Positions 57,818 to 64,000 of a stretch of 64,000 bases of DNA are shown piece after piece. Under the pieces are notes generated by a model. That model did no database searches, was not told the DNA's origin, and saw only the letters and a list, made by a program, of their open reading frames with translations. The position numbers and the translations under genes are program-made. Source of the DNA: Terriglobia bacterium. GTDB taxonomy: Bacteria > Acidobacteriota > Terriglobia > Acidiferrales > UBA7541. The stretch lies in NCBI GenBank assembly GCA_963695545.1, contig OY968796.1, positions 1,696,001-1,760,000 on the forward strand, read 5' to 3'. Position 1 is the stretch's first letter. Each line of letters starts with the position of its first letter.

Positions 57818-59233
57818 ATGCGAAAATTACGAATTCATTGGTTGTTGATTCTCGGGCTCAGCGCCGCTCTCGTGGGTTGCAGCGGCCATTCGAGCGGCAT
57901 GTTCGGAACCGTGGGCCCGCCGTCCGGAGCGCCGGTCGCTTTGCTGATGACCGATTCGCCGCCCGCGGGCGTGACGCCGATGTCGTTTGAAGTGACGCTT
58001 GCGAGCGCGAAGCTCGAGCCGGGCGATGTTTCGTTGCTAACGGGTCCGGCGACGGCTGAAATCACCCGATTGCAGACTGAGACAATTTCGCTTTCGACGA
58101 CCTACGTCAATCCTGCGAGCTACACTTCGCTGGTTCTCACGTATCTAAATCCGACGCTGACGTTTGAAAACAATACGGGCGCCACGATCACTGCCGGGGG
58201 AATCGCTTGCACGGCGGGTTCGGTGTGCACCGTTTCGCCCGCGGCGACGAACCAGACCACCACGCTGGCGTTTCCGAGCGCGTTCGCCGCAAGCACGAGT
58301 TCGCCGCAGGCTGTGCTGGTCGATCTGAACCTGGCAAATCTTTTTTCGAGCGCGCTCGCGGCGGATTTCAGCGCAGGCTCGAGTGTCTCCGTGGTTGCGC
58401 CGTCGTCGCCGGGCCTGCCGGTGGACACGATCGAGGATTTCGTCGGCGAGATTCAGGCCGAGAGCACGGCGAATTCCACGATCACGCTCGGGAATTCGAT
58501 GAGCTCGGTGGTGGCTACGGTGAACTCAAGTACATTGTACCACGATTTCCCCACGACCGCGTGCGCGACTCCCTCGTTCGCGTGTCTCGCGGACAATCAA
58601 ATTCTCTCGGCCGATCTTTTCGTAGAGCCTAGCGGCACGCTGGTCGCGGAAAACCTTTGGTTCAAGGACGCCGATTCCAGCGACATCGAAGTCGAGGGCG
58701 TGATCACGTCGATCAATATTCCCGCGCAGGAGTTCAGCTACGTGGTGCTGATTGAATCGTCGCCCGTGCTGAATCTCAGCATCGGCAACGTCGCCACCGT
58801 GCATTGGAACGTGCCCGCGATCACAACCACGTTTGCGCCTGACGATATGGGAGTGGATACGACCGGTCAGCTTTTCGCGATACCTTCGGACCTGATGGTG
58901 GGCCAGGAAGTTTCCGTGCGCCGGAATTCGACCTCCGCCGGAACCTCCATCAATGCGGATCGTGTTCTACTGCGCGGCTCGCGCATCACGGCCACGGTCA
59001 CAGGTCCCATCGCATATCCGAACATGACCATCGGTGACTTGCCGTCGTTATTCGGCGCGGCGGGCACGTCGCAGATCGTCGTGACGGTTTCAACCACGGG
59101 CGGCACAGAGTACGCGGGGAACGCAAACGTGTTCACCACGATTCCTCTCAACGGCAGCGTTTCCGTGCGCGGCCAACTCTTTCCCAATGGCGGCACGCCG
59201 GCGTTGCTGGCTTCCAAGATCGTATTGAACTGA
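57818..59233 (+). CDS. DUF4382/DUF5666-like lipoprotein
   Basis: Lipobox LVGC, MTDSP, EVEGVITSI, VGQEVSV, VSVRG. Confidence 0.75.
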   Translation: MRKLRIHWLLILGLSAALVGCSGHSSGMFGTVGPPSGAPVALLMTDSPPAGVTPMSFEVTLASAKLEPGDVSLLTGPATAEITRLQTETISLSTTYVNPASYTSLVLTYLNPTLTFENNTGATITAGGIACTAGSVCTVSPAATNQTTTLAFPSAFAASTSSPQAVLVDLNLANLFSSALAADFSAGSSVSVVAPSSPGLPVDTIEDFVGEIQAESTANSTITLGNSMSSVVATVNSSTLYHDFPTTACATPSFACLADNQILSADLFVEPSGTLVAENLWFKDADSSDIEVEGVITSINIPAQEFSYVVLIESSPVLNLSIGNVATVHWNVPAITTTFAPDDMGVDTTGQLFAIPSDLMVGQEVSVRRNSTSAGTSINADRVLLRGSRITATVTGPIAYPNMTIGDLPSLFGAAGTSQIVVTVSTTGGTEYAGNANVFTTIPLNGSVSVRGQLFPNGGTPALLASKIVLN

Positions 59234-59265
59234 CGGCGCAGCAACGTGCCGCGCCTCGTCGGCCA

Positions 59266-60894
59266 TCAGGCCGCGGCGACGGCGGGAACCACCGGCCGGC
59301 GCGATTGATCGTGAATCGCGAGCAGGATCGCTCCGATACCCCACATCACGACCGCGAGGCCCACCAGTCCTCCTAGAAACGGCACCAGCCTGACCGCGTC
59401 GATGATCAACAGGCCCAGCGCGAAGCGGCCGAATTGTGAACCGTTGCCGGGAGTAGCGGCCGGCATGATCGTTTCGCCGAGCCACGCGGCGACGAAAATC
59501 TGCGCCGAATAAGCGATTGGGAAATAGAGCACCGCCGCCGCGAGCCCTGCGCCGACGCCAAGCACCGCAAGCACGATCCCAGCAACCACGAGAAAGATCC
59601 AGATGATGGTCGTCAACGCGCCGATGCCCAGCGACACGGGCCAGCGGCGAGCCGCGCGGACCCCGGCGTCAAAAAAGCCCGGCAAAATCGACATCAGCAA
59701 CAATCCAACCAACAGCGCCGCGCCATAGCGAAGAACCGCATGCAAGAATGTGAGCCCGGAAGCCTGGCGGTGCTCCCTGCGGCGTTGTTCAAAGTGCACA
59801 GGACTCAGCAAGTGCGCCCCGTCTGCGACGTCGGGCGGCTCCGCTCCCGCGAAATTGACCGGGCCATTGAGCACGGCCGTCGAGCCGATCGAGAGATGGT
59901 CGCCGAGCAGTTTCGTTTCGCCGCCGACGGAGCCTTCGATTTCGGTGTGCTTATCGACCACCGCGAGAATGCCGCGTCCCAAGTGGCCATCGAACAACGC
60001 ATCGCCCGCAGCGCACGTGAGGCTGCCGCCGATTTTCGAGTCCGTACCGAGATCCACGCTCTGCGCGACGATGCTGACATTTTTGCCGACCGAGCCATCC
60101 AGTGTGAGCGTGTTCATGGCGCCGCGAATGTTGTCGTCCACCGTGCCTTCCACGCGCAGATATTGAGCGAAGCCGATGATGTCGCCGGTCACATGGCCAT
60201 TTACCGTGACGCTCTGCGCGAAAACGATCAAATCGCCGTCCACCGTGCCGTCGATTTCCACGCGTTCTCCGCTGACGATCAAGTCGTCGTGAATCACCTG
60301 ATCCTTTTCGAGCGTGTAGTCCTGAGCCTTCCGGTGAATCTCGGTGGCTCCCGCCGGCGCCGGCATGCCGGCGATCAGCGCGATCACGCCGATCATCGCG
60401 GCCACGACGGCGCCGCGGCGCAATCGCAGCGGCACAAGAGAAAACGCGAAAACTCCCAGCGCTACGAGCGTTCCTGTCTGCACGGTATCGATCATTGAAT
60501 TCCACCCTTTCCAGAAGGCGCCGTTGAATACCAGCGCCGCGAGCACATTGGTTCCGCCAAAACCTGCCTGAGAGATGTTTTCCCACAACGGCGCGATCAA
60601 GCCCGCCCACAATGTATAAGCCGCCGCGGCGCCCAGGCCAAACGAGAGCGGCCACGCCCAGCGCGCCGGCGAAGGCCGATCGAACTCTGCGAGACGCGCC
60701 GGCAGCATTTCGTCGATCTCGGTGAACGCGCGCGTTAGCACCAGCGATTCCTGGCCGAGCGCGCGCAGCATCGCGCCGCAGGATTCGCAGGTGGCGGCGT
60801 GCGCGCGCAATTCTTGCGCGCGCGCCGCGTCGAGTTCGCCTTCGAGATACAGCAAACACGTCATCTCGTCGAAATGTTTGATTGGCTCGATCAT
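59266..60894 (-). CDS. Zinc-finger (zf-HC2) anti-sigma factor fused to bactofilin-like repeats and C-terminal TMs
   Basis: YLEGEL..HAATCESC; repeated I/V.G.V.GD units; multiple TMs; ATGA overlap with the sigma gene. Confidence 0.82.
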   Translation of the reverse strand: MIEPIKHFDEMTCLLYLEGELDAARAQELRAHAATCESCGAMLRALGQESLVLTRAFTEIDEMLPARLAEFDRPSPARWAWPLSFGLGAAAAYTLWAGLIAPLWENISQAGFGGTNVLAALVFNGAFWKGWNSMIDTVQTGTLVALGVFAFSLVPLRLRRGAVVAAMIGVIALIAGMPAPAGATEIHRKAQDYTLEKDQVIHDDLIVSGERVEIDGTVDGDLIVFAQSVTVNGHVTGDIIGFAQYLRVEGTVDDNIRGAMNTLTLDGSVGKNVSIVAQSVDLGTDSKIGGSLTCAAGDALFDGHLGRGILAVVDKHTEIEGSVGGETKLLGDHLSIGSTAVLNGPVNFAGAEPPDVADGAHLLSPVHFEQRRREHRQASGLTFLHAVLRYGAALLVGLLLMSILPGFFDAGVRAARRWPVSLGIGALTTIIWIFLVVAGIVLAVLGVGAGLAAAVLYFPIAYSAQIFVAAWLGETIMPAATPGNGSQFGRFALGLLIIDAVRLVPFLGGLVGLAVVMWGIGAILLAIHDQSRRPVVPAVAAA

Positions 60895-61502
60895 GAGTTT
60901 CCTCGGGAAATTTCGCTGTGTGAAGCGCCTTGCATCGCTTCGCGCAATTGATGGCGCGCTCGCAGCAGCACCACGCCCACAAACGATCGCTGCACGCCGA
61001 GCGTATCGGCGATCTCGTGGTAATCCATTTCGGCGTAATAGCGCAGCACCAGCGCCATGCGCGCCCGCGCGGGCAACGTCTTGAGCGCCTTACGAACTTG
61101 CTCGCCGCTGCGCTCGGTGATCAACTGTTCGAACTGGCCCGGATCGGGATGCTCGAGCGGCATCACGTCGACGTCGCCGGTTTCGCGGTCCTGGCGCAAT
61201 TTGCGGCGGCGCAGTTGATCCCAACAATGATTCGCGGCCACGCGATACAGCCAAGCCGAAAACGACCGCTCCGCATCGTATTGTCCGAGTTTGTCGCGCA
61301 GCTTCAAGAAAATCTCCATGGTGGCATCTTCGGCGTCCTCGCGTGTGGGCAGGGCGCGCCGGCAAAAACGGAAAATCGCCGGCGCGTAGTGGCGATAAAC
61401 CTCGCCCCAGGCTTCGCTATCGCCGCGCCGCGCCCTCGCGATAATCTCGGTCGGCTCCGCCACTGCGGCCGGGGCGCCTGTGGGTCTAGTGGCTTCCACC
61501 AT
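60891..61502 (-). CDS. ECF RNA polymerase sigma factor
   Basis: DAED, FSAWLYRVAAN, LP..R, EIADTLG. Confidence 0.92.
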   Translation of the reverse strand: MVEATRPTGAPAAVAEPTEIIARARRGDSEAWGEVYRHYAPAIFRFCRRALPTREDAEDATMEIFLKLRDKLGQYDAERSFSAWLYRVAANHCWDQLRRRKLRQDRETGDVDVMPLEHPDPGQFEQLITERSGEQVRKALKTLPARARMALVLRYYAEMDYHEIADTLGVQRSFVGVVLLRARHQLREAMQGASHSEISRGNS

Positions 61503-61506
61503 CTTA

Positions 61507-61534
61507 TATACGCACCCCGCGGAGGAAAATTTCA
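61507..61534 (-). promoter_or_regulatory. Candidate autoregulatory ECF promoter (SigW-like), leaderless
   Basis: TGAAAT-N16-CGTATA-N4-ATG. Confidence 0.65.
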
Positions 61535-61641
61535 CGCATCGCGCCGGCCAGGCTCCCCGGGGGGCCGGCTCGCACGCCACGCCGTCCTCGGGCCGGCGTC
61601 GGTGCGCCGAATGCCCGGGTGGGGTACAGTGTAAGACTCCC

Positions 61642-63084
61642 ATGAGCCAATCGTTACCTAGCGTCGTAATTCTCGGTCGGCCGAACGTTGGCAAATCGCG
61701 CCTGTTCAACCGCCTCACCGGCACGCGCCGCTCGATCGTCACCGACGAGCCGGGCATCACGCGCGACCGCATCCACGGCACGGCGAATTGGCAAGGCCGC
61801 TCGTTCGAGGTCGTCGACACCGGCGGCCTTGTGCCGGATGAGACGGCCGCGATCCCGCGCGAAGTGATGCGCCAGGCGAAGGTGGCCATCGACAGCGCCA
61901 CGGTCCTTGTGCTGGTGGTGGATGCGCGCGCGGGTCTTCTGCCGCTGGACGCCGAGCTTGCGCGTCTCGCGCGCTCTACCGGCAAGCCGCTGGTGATCGC
62001 CGCGAACAAAGTGGACACGCTGTCGCAGGAATCTCTCACGGCGCCGTTTTTCGCGCTCAGCCCGGACGTCTTCGGCGTCTCCGCCGAACATGGCACGGGT
62101 CTCGACGCTCTGCTCGACTACATCACGCGCGATTTTTCCGACGCGCCGGCCGAAGCCGCGGCGCACGAAGACATCCAGGTCGCGATCATCGGCCGGCCCA
62201 ACGTCGGCAAATCGACGCTGCTGAACCAGCTCACCGGCACGGATCGCTCGATCGTTTCGCCCGAGCCCGGCACCACGCGCGACGCGGTCGACGCCGTGGT
62301 CGATCGCAGCGGCCATCGCTATCACTTCGTGGACACGGCCGGCATCCGCCGCAAAAGCAAAACGCGCATGGTGGCGGAAAAAATGTCGGTGATGATGGCG
62401 CGGCGGCATCTCGAGCAAGCCGATATCGCGCTGCTCGTCGCGGACGCCAGCATCGGCGTCACTGCGGGCGATCTCACGATCGCGGGTTACGCGCAGCAGT
62501 CCGGCCGCTCTGTGATCCTGGTGCTGAACAAATGGGACCTTGCCGTGGAAGCCGCGCGCGCCAAAGCGGCCGAAGTGAAAGCCACGCCCGAAAAAAAAGC
62601 GGCGCGAAATAAATCCGCGCGCAAATCGAGTTACGCGCGCGCCGCGGTCAAGCCGCCCGCGCCCGCGTTCAGTCCCGAAATTCTGGCGACCGAATACGAA
62701 GCGCTGGTGCGCGAGCGCTTTAAATTTCTCGACTACGCTCCGGTAGTTTTTCTCTCCGCGCTCACCGGGCAGCGCGTCGCGCCAATCTTCGAGTTGATGG
62801 ACCGCGTCGCCGAAGCGCGCCGCCGCCGCATTTCCACCGGCGAGCTGAATCGCTGGCTTAAGGAAACCGATCTCGATCGCGGCACCACTCCGTCGGCGCG
62901 CCGAGTGAAAATCTACTACATCACGCAAGCCTCCACCGCGCCGCCGGTCTTTGTGATTTTCACCAATCAGGCGAAGCGCCTGCACTTCAGCTTCGAGCGT
63001 TTTCTCGAGAATCGCCTACGCGAGAGTTTCGATTTTCTGGGCACGCCGATTCGCTTCCTGCAGCGCGTCAAGGAGCGGCGTTAG
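61642..63084 (+). CDS. der: Ribosome biogenesis GTPase Der (EngA)
   Basis: Two GRPNVGKS, DTGG/DTAG, NKVD/NKWD, C-terminal KH-like domain ending GTPI. Confidence 0.95.
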   Translation: MSQSLPSVVILGRPNVGKSRLFNRLTGTRRSIVTDEPGITRDRIHGTANWQGRSFEVVDTGGLVPDETAAIPREVMRQAKVAIDSATVLVLVVDARAGLLPLDAELARLARSTGKPLVIAANKVDTLSQESLTAPFFALSPDVFGVSAEHGTGLDALLDYITRDFSDAPAEAAAHEDIQVAIIGRPNVGKSTLLNQLTGTDRSIVSPEPGTTRDAVDAVVDRSGHRYHFVDTAGIRRKSKTRMVAEKMSVMMARRHLEQADIALLVADASIGVTAGDLTIAGYAQQSGRSVILVLNKWDLAVEAARAKAAEVKATPEKKAARNKSARKSSYARAAVKPPAPAFSPEILATEYEALVRERFKFLDYAPVVFLSALTGQRVAPIFELMDRVAEARRRRISTGELNRWLKETDLDRGTTPSARRVKIYYITQASTAPPVFVIFTNQAKRLHFSFERFLENRLRESFDFLGTPIRFLQRVKERR

Positions 63085-63160
63085 CGCGATCCACAGGCCG
63101 CGCCGGCCACGTGCCTCGCAGCGTTGACACCCGCCGAAATCGGCATAGGATAGGGTCAAA

Positions 63161-63556
63161 ATGATCGGCGCAAACGGCCAATCCGATTTACCAATTCCCG
63201 CCAAGAATTTTTTCCGCATTGGCGAGGTCAGCCGGCTCACGGCCACCAAAGCCTTCGTTCTGCGCTACTGGGAAACCGAATTTCCGATGCTCCAGCCGGT
63301 GAAAAGCCCCAAAGGCCACCGCCTGTATCGCCGGCAAGATATCGACACCGTCCTCGCGATCAAGCGTTTGCTCTACGACGAAGGTTTCACGATCGCGGGC
63401 GCGCGCCGCCACTTGCGCGAACAAAATGGAGCAGGCGCAAATGGTGAAAATGGCCACGCCGCCGAGCCCGAATCGCTGACCGCTCTCAATCGCAAAGCTT
63501 TGCTGGATTTGCGCGACGCTCTGCGCGCCTTCTTGACGCTTCTCGAAGGCGAGTGA
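63161..63556 (+). CDS. MerR-family HTH regulator
   Basis: FRIGEVS, VLRYWETEF, R.Y, LLY.EGFTIAGA; precedes tRNA-Pro and surE. Confidence 0.9.
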   Translation: MIGANGQSDLPIPAKNFFRIGEVSRLTATKAFVLRYWETEFPMLQPVKSPKGHRLYRRQDIDTVLAIKRLLYDEGFTIAGARRHLREQNGAGANGENGHAAEPESLTALNRKALLDLRDALRAFLTLLEGE

Positions 63557-63608
63557 TACGCTCGGAATCGCCTGCGAGGTGCGTACTCTGCGCGCCGCGA
63601 GGACCGGT

Positions 63609-63685
63609 CGGGACGTAGCGCAGCCCGGTAGCGCGCACCCTTGGGGTGGGTGAGGCCGCTGGTTCGAATCCAGTCGTCCCGACCA
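63609..63685 (+). tRNA. tRNA-Pro(GGG)
   Basis: 77 nt, anticodon arm CACCC-TTGGGGT-GGGTG, GGTTCGAATCC, CCA. Confidence 0.97.
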
Positions 63686-63850
63686 TTATTTTGCTGTTAT
63701 TTTTGCCGTGACGTCAGCTCCGGCCTGTGGTCTTCCGCTCGTCGCCTGCCCCAATCAATCATTCGCTTCGCGCGATTCCGAACGCGCAACACGCAAAGTT
63801 GACGGGACTCGCGCCGACGGCGATGATGGAAGTGTCCGTAAGAGGGTTCC

Positions 63851-64000
63851 GTGCCGAATATTTTGGTCACCAATGACGACGGAATTCACGCTGAAGGCCT
63901 GCGCGCGCTGGTCGCCGCGCTCGAGGGCCTCGGCACCGTCAGCGTCGTCGCGCCGCATATGGAACGCAGCGCGGCGGCGCAATCGCTGACGCTGCGCCAG
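63851..64000 (+). CDS. surE: 5'/3'-nucleotidase SurE (5' part; runs off window)
   Basis: Hand translation (not in track): [17 protein letters not shown]...[19 protein letters not shown]. Confidence 0.92.
   Translation, partial: MPNILVTNDDGIHAEGLRALVAALEGLGTVSVVAPHMERSAAAQSLTLRQ

Noticed and set aside
60891..62096. N-terminal extensions in the ORF track (sigma 62096, fabH 13487, ugd 7389, TetR 45980, DLH 51983, O-MT 53845, der 61480)
   Set aside because: They overlap neighbouring genes or promoters; downstream starts have RBS/promoter support or match family N-termini.

Overview
A GC-rich 64-kb chromosomal window. Its gene families and repeat types suggest Acidobacteriota (Terriglobia); this is inference only. 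Housekeeping genes include ugd, a UDP-glucuronate decarboxylase, fabH, gltX, cyaY, lptD, ccdA-tlpA, HU, pncB-pncA, der, MerR-tRNA-Pro-surE and tRNA-Ser. Three accessory blocks interrupt them. (1) At 1-5.2 kb on the minus strand lies a candidate RiPP-type operon: a large exported beta-propeller protein, a 64-aa precursor-like peptide (KKPYRKP leader motif, two Cys, C-terminal Ser), an S24/S26 peptidase and an HPr-kinase-like P-loop protein that runs off the window edge, with an IS3 remnant upstream. (2) At 13.9-20.9 kb, three unrelated genes are each headed by a copy of the same ~120-bp promoter/hairpin module, a cassette-like layout with no integrase in the window. (3) A LigD split into three genes sits beside tRNA-Ser. 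Non-coding signals include a dispersed 340-450-bp element carrying its own sigma70-like promoter (three copies), an operator abutting -35 shared by two duplicated membrane-protein genes and a GGDEF/HD-GYP gene, REP-like clusters, and a sigma54+IHF promoter. Two apparent pseudo-enzymes are visible (an S41 protease and a dienelactone hydrolase paralogue). All calls come from reading motifs by eye; no database search was run.
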